Source of the DNA: a virus
Taxonomy: Duplodnaviria; Caudoviricetes
Direction: 5' to 3' (one strand)
DNA: 42,608 nucleotides
IMG/VR virus record: IMGVR_UViG_3300044723_005018
Location: 1 to 42,608 of that record
The translations under genes were made by a program, and so were the position numbers. Of this stretch, positions 35,049 to 42,608 are shown in pieces; position 1 is the first letter of the stretch, and every line of letters starts with the position of its first letter. Below the pieces are notes generated by a model, which made no database searches, was not told the origin of the DNA, and saw only the letters and a program-made list of their open reading frames with translations.

Positions 35049-35066
35049 CAAATAATATTCAACCGC
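35049..35066. repeat. 18-bp dispersed direct repeat, copy 2
   Basis: caaataatattcaaccgc, identical to 26848-26865. Confidence 0.8.
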
Positions 35067-35079
35067 AAATAATATCAGT

Positions 35080-35181
35080 TCACTTGAATGTACTCGCCAC
35101 AAAAACAGTAACACTCAACATCACAACTACCATCGACCACACGATGACTTGATCAGCCATCACTTGTATTAGATCCATCAT
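35080..35181 (-). CDS. possible 33-aa membrane peptide
   Basis: MMDLIQVMADQVIVWSMVVVMLSVTVFVASTFK*, start overlaps the upstream stop. Confidence 0.4.
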   Translation of the reverse strand: MMDLIQVMADQVIVWSMVVVMLSVTVFVASTFK

Positions 35182-35474
35182 CAGTTTTGCTTGTCTTGGT
35201 TGATTGCTTCTTGCACAGCTGTTTCGCAGAATTCATTGAAACTCATATGATGCTCATGAGCAGCTCTCATGAACTTGAACAGCTCGTCTTCTTCAAATTC
35301 TAATTCCACCGTTTCATATCTAGTTTTTTTGATCACGAAACCATCATCGTGCTCGATAAATTTTAGTTCATCTCCTTCACGCCAACCTAGTCGATCTAAC
35401 AGATCGTCTGGTAGTGTGAAGAAAAGCTCACCTTCAGCAGTCTCTTTGACCTGTAATTGGTTCACATTTTTCAT
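35181..35474 (-). CDS. AbrB/MazE/SpoVT-family DNA-binding protein with RHH-like C-terminus
   Basis: GELFFTLPDDLLDRLGWREGDELKF..GFVIKK; AAHEHHMSFNEF. Confidence 0.75.
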   Translation of the reverse strand: MKNVNQLQVKETAEGELFFTLPDDLLDRLGWREGDELKFIEHDDGFVIKKTRYETVELEFEEDELFKFMRAAHEHHMSFNEFCETAVQEAINQDKQN

Positions 35475-35727
35475 TGTCGTGTTTGTTATTAAAATCGCTA
35501 GGAAAACTCATGACAGACCGGGTACTACCTTCTGGATCATCATCAGTCACAGGAAACCAACAGTCATTTGTGTTGAATATACCATCAACGCATTGTGGGT
35601 GAAAACCAGCGGAAACGAGCAGTCCTTTGAACAGTTCAGCCATCTGATCAATATCAGCGTGTTCTGCAGTTAATGGTTCAGACTCAACGCTGTATGTTTT
35701 ATCATGTAGTGTTATTGATATTTTCAT
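35434..35727 (-). CDS. hypothetical protein
   Basis: ELFKGLLVSAGFHP motif; ATGA coupling. Confidence 0.65.
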   Translation of the reverse strand: MKISITLHDKTYSVESEPLTAEHADIDQMAELFKGLLVSAGFHPQCVDGIFNTNDCWFPVTDDDPEGSTRSVMSFPSDFNNKHDNEKCEPITGQRDC

Positions 35728-35918
35728 TTGCTTAAATGCTGTTTCAATTCAAATTCTATTTTCTCAAGCAGACGTGTGCCTCGTGATGTGGTACAACACG
35801 TTACACGTCTGAGCAACGAGTTGATGCTGGTGATCAACGACTGCTGTTTTCTCTCATGAAATATAATATTTTGAGTATCGCAACTCTCTCTAATTCTCTC
35901 TATATCTTCTGCTTGCAT
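35724..35918 (-). CDS. hypothetical protein
   Basis: Downstream of promoter 35944-35973 and ATAAATA at 35937-35943. Confidence 0.6.
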   Translation of the reverse strand: MQAEDIERIRESCDTQNIIFHERKQQSLITSINSLLRRVTCCTTSRGTRLLEKIEFELKQHLSK

Positions 35919-35943
35919 GGTTTATAAACTGCTTGTTATTTAT

Positions 35944-35973
35944 ATGATATGAGCTTGTATGCATGATTGCAAC
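35944..35973 (-). promoter_or_regulatory. early sigma70-type promoter
   Basis: GTTGCAA-N17-TATCAT. Confidence 0.7.
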
Positions 35974-35976
35974 CAC

Positions 35977-36246
35977 TCACTTGACTGTTTTCCCGGTTTG
36001 TTTGTGTTTGGTCACGCGCTCGTATATCAGCTTGCGGACTTCCATGTCGAGTTCATCCAAGAGAGCTTGACTAACTTGAGTGAATTTACCACGCTTCCGT
36101 GCAGCGCGAACACCGCTCCATTTCCACTCACGACCAGAAGCATCTACACGTGTGTCTGGTAAATCATCAAAATTATCATACACATCATTAGCTATTTGTA
36201 GACATCTTTTTTTCACACGTGTTTTGTTTATCAGTGATGTGTTCAT
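35977..36246 (-). CDS. putative histone-fold protein (prokaryotic type, truncated alpha3, L1 insertion)
   Basis: LINKTRVKK ... TQVSQALLDELDMEVRKLIYERV ... TGKTVK. Confidence 0.5.
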   Translation of the reverse strand: MNTSLINKTRVKKRCLQIANDVYDNFDDLPDTRVDASGREWKWSGVRAARKRGKFTQVSQALLDELDMEVRKLIYERVTKHKQTGKTVK

Positions 36247-36587
36247 TTGATGAATTTCTTATATTTGTTGTACCAGTACAGACTGTTGTCTCTCAGAGTC
36301 TCATTATTTTTTCTGATGTACTCCAACATGTCAACTGCACGTTTGTGTATATCATCTACCACAGGATTGTGATCACCTTTTTCATGTAAACGATCGTACG
36401 AATCAAGTAAATCCCCTACCATCGTGATGGTCATGTCAATGTATGGACATGTGTTAGGTGGCACACCAGGACTGCTAGCTTTGTCCGATCTTCTGATCAA
36501 CTCACGCTGTTTTTTTGTTGTGTGTTGAATTTTTTTCTTTTTTGATTTCAGTCTATTGACGTGTTGTATTTGATCTAAACTTATCAT
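36243..36587 (-). CDS. conserved phage hypothetical protein
   Basis: PNTCPYID...LEYIRKNNETLR motif. Confidence 0.7.
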   Translation of the reverse strand: MISLDQIQHVNRLKSKKKKIQHTTKKQRELIRRSDKASSPGVPPNTCPYIDMTITMVGDLLDSYDRLHEKGDHNPVVDDIHKRAVDMLEYIRKNNETLRDNSLYWYNKYKKFIK

Positions 36588-36616
36588 ATTGATTGGTTGA
36601 AGGTTAATTTAACATG

Positions 36617-36646
36617 ATTATATACTACAACGCGAACACATGCAAC
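36617..36646 (-). promoter_or_regulatory. early sigma70-type promoter
   Basis: GTTGCAT-N17-TATAAT. Confidence 0.75.
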
Positions 36647-36647
36647 A

Positions 36648-37571
36648 CTATTTTTTTGCTGCACCGTTACCGTTGGTCCTATTCGCATGCTCTAGCAAAA
36701 TAAAATCCAAACTGTATAGATTGTTGATAATTTTTTTCACATCGTCAGATAGAAATGCTGAGTTCGGTGGTTTTTTGTATTGTTTGAGCTCCACCGGAGT
36801 CATATGAGATGCATCTACACCCTCTGGTAAATCTTCTAACTCAGGGTTAGGTACATGTTTGTTCACCATCTGGATCGGTCGTCTCAAACGTCTTGGTATT
36901 CTTGAATGTACTATATTTTTAAACAAATCGATATTATCATACGGTATGATGTGATCCCAATGAAACCCTTTCAAATACTCACTTTGCGGACACCAGTGAG
37001 AATCTGACATTAGATTGGTCAGTATGTTGCTACACATGGTTTTATATGTATCACCAACTACACCGGTCGATTCTATAAGTGATGCGCACAATTGTTTGTT
37101 GCCACCTGTGTTTATATACTGTATAAATTGACAGAATGTAACACCCTTTTTAAAATCTACCGGATGTACTCTATGACCATAAAAATATTGGTACACTGGT
37201 AGTGCGTGCATGTCAACAGTTCTACTATCACTCCATTGTACAAATTTATTCCAATAACAACTAACCACACGATCATAAGGGGATCTAACAATTGCTACAC
37301 TCTTCCATTCTTCACTGGTCCACATGCTCGCATACTCCGCTTCGCTATATTTCTCCGGTGTTGATCTAATTTGACTACATGCATTGCTGTTCAATATGCT
37401 CTTGTGTATATCAATTGCTTCCGGTCTCTTCGGATGTATATCCATACTATACAGCCAATGTTTTATTGCCGAGTGCGCATTTTTTGGAATAGGACAATAT
37501 ATTATCTTGCCTGGTTGAAACACATAAAATGTATCAGATCTAATATGTGGATATAGATTGTTTGAGAGCAT
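36648..37571 (-). CDS. sulfotransferase family 2 (carbohydrate sulfotransferase-like)
   Basis: YCPIPKNAHSAIK (5'-PSB), VRSPYDRVVSCY (3'-PB), HWCPQ. Confidence 0.85.
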   Translation of the reverse strand: MLSNNLYPHIRSDTFYVFQPGKIIYCPIPKNAHSAIKHWLYSMDIHPKRPEAIDIHKSILNSNACSQIRSTPEKYSEAEYASMWTSEEWKSVAIVRSPYDRVVSCYWNKFVQWSDSRTVDMHALPVYQYFYGHRVHPVDFKKGVTFCQFIQYINTGGNKQLCASLIESTGVVGDTYKTMCSNILTNLMSDSHWCPQSEYLKGFHWDHIIPYDNIDLFKNIVHSRIPRRLRRPIQMVNKHVPNPELEDLPEGVDASHMTPVELKQYKKPPNSAFLSDDVKKIINNLYSLDFILLEHANRTNGNGAAKK

Positions 37572-37597
37572 AACTAATACTACTAATTAATATCAGA

Positions 37598-38371
37598 ATG
37601 AGTGATATTCAAGTGAGGTTGTCAGGTGGTCTAGGTAATCAATTATTCCAATGGGCATATGGATTGTGTCTGCAACAACAGGGTCATGATGTGTCGTACG
37701 ATGCATCATTTTATGATATGGATTTTTCAAGTGTGCATAACACACGTCGAGAGTACCTGTTACCATCTGTTGTGTCAATACCTCCGGTGCTAACGACAGA
37801 CACACATGACCGGTGCATCATACATGACACAAGCCAATATATATGCCATGAATTTGATCACGATAAACGATATAGATTGATCGGTTGGTGGCAATCAGAA
37901 AAATATTTTCAGTCAATCAAATCAACAATACACGAGCAGATAACATGCAACGAAGAACATTTGAAGCTGTATGATTTTGACCAATCTTGCTCGTTACATG
38001 TCAGGAGAACAGACTATGTAGACAAATATTCTGGCAAATATCCAACAATGTCACCAACATACTATCAACAAGCCATTGAGATTGTCAATCCAGATGGTCA
38101 CATCTATGTCTTTTCGGATGATATACAGTGGTGTGTTGATAATATCAAACACGATCAATGCGTGTATGTTGAACATGGAACAGACGTTGATCAATTATTC
38201 GCCATGAGATCGTGCGAACATAACATACTAGCAAATAGTTCGTATAGTTGGTGGGCTGGTTGGCTAAACACAAATCCGGACAAAAAGATAATCATGCCTG
38301 ACACGATAGAGAGAAATAGAGCCATGAATGATTATTATATGACTGGTAGTATCGTCTTACCTATAGCATAA
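37598..38371 (+). CDS. alpha-1,2-fucosyltransferase (GT11)
   Basis: GGLGNQLFQWA, GWWQSEKYF, SLHVRRTDY, VFSDD, NSSYSWW. Confidence 0.92.
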   Translation: MSDIQVRLSGGLGNQLFQWAYGLCLQQQGHDVSYDASFYDMDFSSVHNTRREYLLPSVVSIPPVLTTDTHDRCIIHDTSQYICHEFDHDKRYRLIGWWQSEKYFQSIKSTIHEQITCNEEHLKLYDFDQSCSLHVRRTDYVDKYSGKYPTMSPTYYQQAIEIVNPDGHIYVFSDDIQWCVDNIKHDQCVYVEHGTDVDQLFAMRSCEHNILANSSYSWWAGWLNTNPDKKIIMPDTIERNRAMNDYYMTGSIVLPIA

Positions 38372-38380
38372 ATATCTATT

Positions 38381-39082
38381 GTGAACATTTACTCATATTA
38401 TGAAGAAACTGGCCACCCTCATCAGGAAGCAATGTTAAAAATATGGACTGATAATTGGAAGAGCAAAGGGTATAACCCAATCGTGTTGGGTATAGATCAT
38501 GTGAAAGCGCATAATTATTATGACGAATACATTACAAAATGCGAGTCATTACATAGAGAGCTGACCAGTCAAACTATCTCACCAATATCCAGGAGTCAAT
38601 TTCTCAAATGGTTAGCGTATGCCACAACAAGTGATGATAAAATGTTCGTGTCTGATTATGATGTTATCAATAATGATTTTCATCAGCACACAATAATAGA
38701 CAAAATACATATATTCGGTACACGAGTCACAACATGTTTCGCTAGTGGTAGTTCATCGCAATTTGAGCTACTAGCTAGATTGCTCGTGGAGTTAACAGAA
38801 AAAAACATACACAACAACACATACATAAAGTCAGGGCCTAGACATGTGTGGCATGATCAGATGGCCGTGAGGGATAACATACATGATTTTTCTGAAGATT
38901 TTATACAATTTTCAGATACAATAGACTCTTGGTATCATGAAGACTGGCGAAAACAACCACTGATACACGTGTCTCATTTTTTTACAAAAACATACATGCA
39001 GCACCACAAAATACCTGAAATGAGTATAGAAGACAGAATCAAAACCCGGGTTCAATTAATGAAAGAAATATCTAATGAATAG
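38381..39082 (+). CDS. putative glycosyltransferase-like protein
   Basis: W..NWKSKGYNPIVL, FLKWLAY, SDYDVIN (DxD); ATAAATA at 38368-38374. Confidence 0.5.
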   Translation: MNIYSYYEETGHPHQEAMLKIWTDNWKSKGYNPIVLGIDHVKAHNYYDEYITKCESLHRELTSQTISPISRSQFLKWLAYATTSDDKMFVSDYDVINNDFHQHTIIDKIHIFGTRVTTCFASGSSSQFELLARLLVELTEKNIHNNTYIKSGPRHVWHDQMAVRDNIHDFSEDFIQFSDTIDSWYHEDWRKQPLIHVSHFFTKTYMQHHKIPEMSIEDRIKTRVQLMKEISNE

Positions 39083-39743
39083 CGCTTTTGATTTTTTCTC
39101 AAAAATTTATTGTATAAATTTATCACATCGTGTTGATCGCCGTGATCATATGCAATCTGTGTTCGAGACACTGAACATACACACTCGTGTCAATTGGTTT
39201 GACGCGATACACACTCCTGGTGTGGGCCATCAAGGGTGTGTGTTGTCTCATTATAACATCATAAAACTAGCCATGAGCGAGCAACTTGACAATGTCTTGA
39301 TATTAGAGGATGATATAATACCAACTGCATTCTATAATGAAAATAACATACGAAAAAGCATTGAAACACTAACCAAGCAGGACTGGGACATTTTGTATCT
39401 CGGTGGCCGTGTTGTACGGCCTGCTGTTGATATAAACAATTACCTGTTCAAATCATCCCTATGGTCAACAGGTTCGTTATGCATAAACAACACTATATAC
39501 GAAAAGTGTTTGGACGTGATAAATCAACAACAAACAATCGACTGGTTTTATTCAAGCCCTGTTCAAAACTTCAAATGCTATTCTGTTAACCCCTGTGCGT
39601 TTGTACAAAACCCAGATCTAGGAAGCGACATAGCGGAAGGCCCGGATCGTAGAGATGTTTTTATCGAATCATACAACAACAGACATGTGGCATCTCCACC
39701 GTTGGAGAATTGGTGGAATGAAAAACACCCTCATTGGGACTAA
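39075..39743 (+). CDS. glycosyltransferase family 25
   Basis: YCINLSHRVDRR, FDAI, GCVLSH, LILEDD, WDILYLG. Confidence 0.9.
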   Translation: MNSAFDFFSKIYCINLSHRVDRRDHMQSVFETLNIHTRVNWFDAIHTPGVGHQGCVLSHYNIIKLAMSEQLDNVLILEDDIIPTAFYNENNIRKSIETLTKQDWDILYLGGRVVRPAVDINNYLFKSSLWSTGSLCINNTIYEKCLDVINQQQTIDWFYSSPVQNFKCYSVNPCAFVQNPDLGSDIAEGPDRRDVFIESYNNRHVASPPLENWWNEKHPHWD

Positions 39744-39925
39744 TTGTGCTTGATTGCAGCAATTATGCTCATGGCACCCATCTCATTCGTGGTCATGATC
39801 ACTTCACCGTTCACTAGCATTATTTTATACATTTTACGCCCGTTATGCAAGCGTTCTTTTACATATATCACAAGCTTTGGATTTATGTGATATTTCTCTT
39901 CATTAACATCTTCAATATGTATCAT
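39740..39925 (-). CDS. FlbD/SwrD-like small protein
   Basis: [22 protein letters not shown]...IMLVNGEVI. Confidence 0.5.
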   Translation of the reverse strand: MIHIEDVNEEKYHINPKLVIYVKERLHNGRKMYKIMLVNGEVIMTTNEMGAMSIIAAIKHN

Positions 39926-40320
39926 AATTTCTTCGCTGGATTACCGACAACAGTCATACCATCCGGTACATCACGCGTGACCACACTACCAGCTCCTACA
40001 CGTGCACCTATACCAATGACCAAGTTGGGTAGTATTGTGCTATTGGCTCCAATGGATGCGTTTGTTTTGACAACAGTTGGAGGTGCTGATTTCCAAGCAC
40101 CTTTAGAAGGAGCATGTTTATCATTTGTAAACACAACATGAGGTCCAATAAACACATCATCTTCCACAATGACATTCTCTGGTATAAACACCCCACAACC
40201 TATTTTAACGTTGTTACCTATATTGACGTTGTTACCTATTTCTACAAAGGCTCCGATAGAGCAATCATTACCTATACATGCTGTACCGTATAGATTGGCC
40301 GATTCATGAACATATGTCAT
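39922..40320 (-). CDS. hexapeptide-repeat sugar N-acetyltransferase (WbpD/FdtC-like)
   Basis: [43 protein letters not shown]. Confidence 0.9.
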   Translation of the reverse strand: MTYVHESANLYGTACIGNDCSIGAFVEIGNNVNIGNNVKIGCGVFIPENVIVEDDVFIGPHVVFTNDKHAPSKGAWKSAPPTVVKTNASIGANSTILPNLVIGIGARVGAGSVVTRDVPDGMTVVGNPAKKL

Positions 40321-40523
40321 GGCTGATAATATATACCATCAAAACAATGTAGGTCAACACTGAGTAGCTTGCCTGTAGACATGCATCTCTTCTCAATGTC
40401 ACGGCCCACAGCTGTACCAACCTCAACTGTTTCATCATTATGCTCGTACCGGAATTGTTCCGCTTCTTCAAATGTATCCACCACGTGAATGTCTCTATAA
40501 TCAATACTAAATTTTATACTCAT
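40317..40523 (-). CDS. hypothetical protein (start MSIKFS)
   Basis: 3' part of the 131-aa ORF; the upstream part is better explained by two other genes. Confidence 0.55.
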   Translation of the reverse strand: MSIKFSIDYRDIHVVDTFEEAEQFRYEHNDETVEVGTAVGRDIEKRCMSTGKLLSVDLHCFDGIYYQP

Positions 40524-40525
40524 GT

Positions 40526-40627
40526 TTATTTTCTGTTCCACATATTGTATATGATGTTGATTGTAAATGCAACGGTTATGAACACCGCACACCAGAACCC
40601 TATGTCGTTTATATCTATATGTGGCAT
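40526..40627 (-). CDS. 33-aa membrane peptide (not in ORF track)
   Basis: GGAGG RBS; MPHIDINDIGFWCAVFITVAFTINIIYNMWNRK*. Confidence 0.5.
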   Translation of the reverse strand: MPHIDINDIGFWCAVFITVAFTINIIYNMWNRK

Positions 40628-40839
40628 GTGTTTTTTCCTCCAGCTTTTTTGGTGGCGCTCCGACCGTAACGACCTGGTTGATAACCTTTCCAGTTACTGT
40701 ATGATTCTGCATTCATAACTTGTATAGTACCTGCTGTTTTATGCCCGTAAATCATCACACCACGATAGGGTTGAACATCTTGTTTCACTGGTGGTGGTAG
40801 TTTACCTAATATGTCATCGATAAGTGTTGCTGTGCTCAT
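40615..40839 (-). CDS. hypothetical protein (leaderless)
   Basis: ATG 6 nt after the -10 box. Confidence 0.6.
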   Translation of the reverse strand: MSTATLIDDILGKLPPPVKQDVQPYRGVMIYGHKTAGTIQVMNAESYSNWKGYQPGRYGRSATKKAGGKNTCHI

Positions 40840-40845
40840 GATATT

Positions 40846-40875
40846 ATTGTACGATAATACAAGATATCATGCAAC
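40846..40875 (-). promoter_or_regulatory. early sigma70-type promoter
   Basis: GTTGCAT-N17-TACAAT. Confidence 0.7.
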
Positions 40876-40876
40876 A

Positions 40877-41656
40877 TTATTTTTTATTATTTAAATTATC
40901 TCTACATTGTTTGAACTGATCCCACCATTTCATAATGTACATCACTCCTGGTGGTTTATATAGTGATCCGTATCCAGAGCTTTCTTCATCCAATCGATCC
41001 GCGCTTATGAAACAATTCAGCGGATACATCCGCACCGGTATTTTTTCCCTGTCTACAACAAACTTGGAATAGGCTTCAACATTTTGTTTATGAGCCCATT
41101 TTTCACTTAATGTGTCATGGTCATATAGATTTGTGTAGTGTACATTCATTACCCGAGCCATGATATCCGGGGCACCGTAACACCATTGTCCGATTATTTG
41201 ATAACCACCTTGATTCCAGCCATCGCCAATATGTAACGCATCACTATCAAAATTGTTAAAATCGAGAGGAAACATGGCGCGGAGATCTGATCGTGACAAT
41301 ATTACTATATCATATGCGTTTAACACATGTCGCAAACTCTGTGAGATCATGAAAAGATTATGGTAGTTCAACAACGAGAAAGATCTACCTAGGTGCGGAG
41401 CATAACTAATCCAATTTTTATTGAGATCGTTGTTCAACTTCTCGATGTTGAAATTGTTGTGAAACCAATCAATCGTGGGTCTTTTGTATACAATTGCATG
41501 CTGATGATCTATTGTTTTTAAAACATCAAATGTATCGTCGTCTTGTTGCAAGCAAAAAAACACATCCACATCATGCTCTGTCAGTTGATCTAATTGTGTG
41601 TCAATCCCTCCGGGCCATCTCAACACACCATGATAAACAATAGCTATTTTCATCAC
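40877..41656 (-). CDS. putative glycosyltransferase
   Basis: MKIAIVYHGVLR...YDIVILSRSDL pattern found in phage/bacterial glycan loci. Confidence 0.55.
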   Translation of the reverse strand: MMKIAIVYHGVLRWPGGIDTQLDQLTEHDVDVFFCLQQDDDTFDVLKTIDHQHAIVYKRPTIDWFHNNFNIEKLNNDLNKNWISYAPHLGRSFSLLNYHNLFMISQSLRHVLNAYDIVILSRSDLRAMFPLDFNNFDSDALHIGDGWNQGGYQIIGQWCYGAPDIMARVMNVHYTNLYDHDTLSEKWAHKQNVEAYSKFVVDREKIPVRMYPLNCFISADRLDEESSGYGSLYKPPGVMYIMKWWDQFKQCRDNLNNKK

Positions 41657-42546
41657 ACAAAAGCGCTTAGTTCATTGATATCAATAGTGATCCGATGCTT
41701 AGAATCACCTGGGGTTTTCTTGATGATATGATTCGCGGACCGGAGGGTTTTGGAAGTTCGCGAAAACAGATCTACTGATCGATTGTGTGGCATGAACTCA
41801 ACAATTGTTGGATAATTTTCACAAAAAAGAACATTATGAAACGCCGCACCATGTGGACCAATAATTGTGGTAGCATCTCTGAATATCCGTATTTGTTGTT
41901 CAAAGTTAATATTACCCTCGAGTATGTAAAAGCCATGTTTTGTTAGATATTCTCTCACTTGATCATCATTGAGAACACCTCTACGTTCAAGTGGCCTGGG
42001 TATATATACACGATCATGCCCGGTTGGTTCATTAGATGGTCGAATACCATCAATCCAGTTGTCTCTCAACCACGTTAATTCTTCTGCAGTCAGATGCGTA
42101 GATGGTGTGTTTACATCCGGTAAATGTAGTTGCTCGACTCTATATAACGGACTAGCACCAGGCGTGGTCAGATTTAATAGCATTTGTCGGGCATGCCCAT
42201 AACCAAAGCACGATAAGTGATGCAACAAAGAACCTTCTTTGCCTAAATGTTTCCAGCTTGTGAAATGAGATCTGTTTCTCAAAATTTTGACATTGTGATT
42301 ATCTTGAAATGGTTTCAATCTAACCAAGTCTTCTTTCAAATGACCCCACACGTGTAAATTCCATATGGATAACATATACAGCCACTCACCGCCCACCGGT
42401 ATTATTCCAGCATTATTCTCAAAATAACTTTCAGCATTTATATCTTTTAATCGAGGGTCACAAAAGATAACCTCTCTATTCTTGTCGAAAACTACACCAT
42501 TATGACCTACATATACATCATGTACAAGCTTGGTCTTTTTTATCAT
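41653..42546 (-). CDS. glycosyltransferase family 61 (DUF563)
   Basis: RVYIPR..RRGVLND, FEQQIRIFRDA..IIGPHGAAFHN..IVEF. Confidence 0.85.
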   Translation of the reverse strand: MIKKTKLVHDVYVGHNGVVFDKNREVIFCDPRLKDINAESYFENNAGIIPVGGEWLYMLSIWNLHVWGHLKEDLVRLKPFQDNHNVKILRNRSHFTSWKHLGKEGSLLHHLSCFGYGHARQMLLNLTTPGASPLYRVEQLHLPDVNTPSTHLTAEELTWLRDNWIDGIRPSNEPTGHDRVYIPRPLERRGVLNDDQVREYLTKHGFYILEGNINFEQQIRIFRDATTIIGPHGAAFHNVLFCENYPTIVEFMPHNRSVDLFSRTSKTLRSANHIIKKTPGDSKHRITIDINELSAFV

Positions 42547-42608
42547 TTTTCAAACTGCTCCAACAACTGCTCGAACTGCTTGACCTCATATTTGACTCTG
42601 TCTTCTCC
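42543..42608 (-). CDS. 3' end of a gene truncated by the window edge
   Basis: Open frame GEDRVKYEVKQFEQLLEQFEK*, ATGA-coupled to the GT61 gene. Confidence 0.5.
   Translation of the reverse strand, partial: GEDRVKYEVKQFEQLLEQFEK

Noticed and set aside
1-42608. Alternative genetic code or reverse-transcriptase/DGR system
   Set aside because: Genes tile densely with TAA, TAG and TGA all used as stops; no RT motif or TR/VR pair seen

Overview
This window is a segment of a T4-like (Tevenvirinae/Kyanoviridae-like myovirus) phage genome read with the standard code; the host is not identifiable from the sequence. From left to right it holds six blocks. (1) A small glycan/amide-modifying gene group (1-3.6 kb). 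(2) DUF366, gp62 clamp-loader subunit and GroES-like genes, followed by an ORF-free, strongly base-paired ~390-nt element with its own sigma70 promoter (candidate ncRNA). (3) A rearranged virion module: gp15, gp20, gp13, gp4, gp21, gp22, gp23. (4) A compact guanine-modification cassette (TGT/DpdA-like, PurN/DpdN-like formyltransferase, dATP/dGTP diphosphohydrolase, dNMP-kinase-like, QueF) followed by ClpC. (5) A minus-strand early/accessory region (22.5-36.6 kb) with many small genes, most of 13 GTTGC-N17-TAnnAT-type promoters, tRNA-Ile2(CAT), a stand-alone sigma70 region-4 protein, a putative histone-fold protein and several non-coding repeat arrays. (6) A glycosyl-/sulfo-/acetyl-transferase island. 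The best lead is a probable pre-replicative replacement of guanine by formyl-preQ1 (7-deazaguanine) in the phage DNA. All family assignments come from motif recognition by eye, not database searches.
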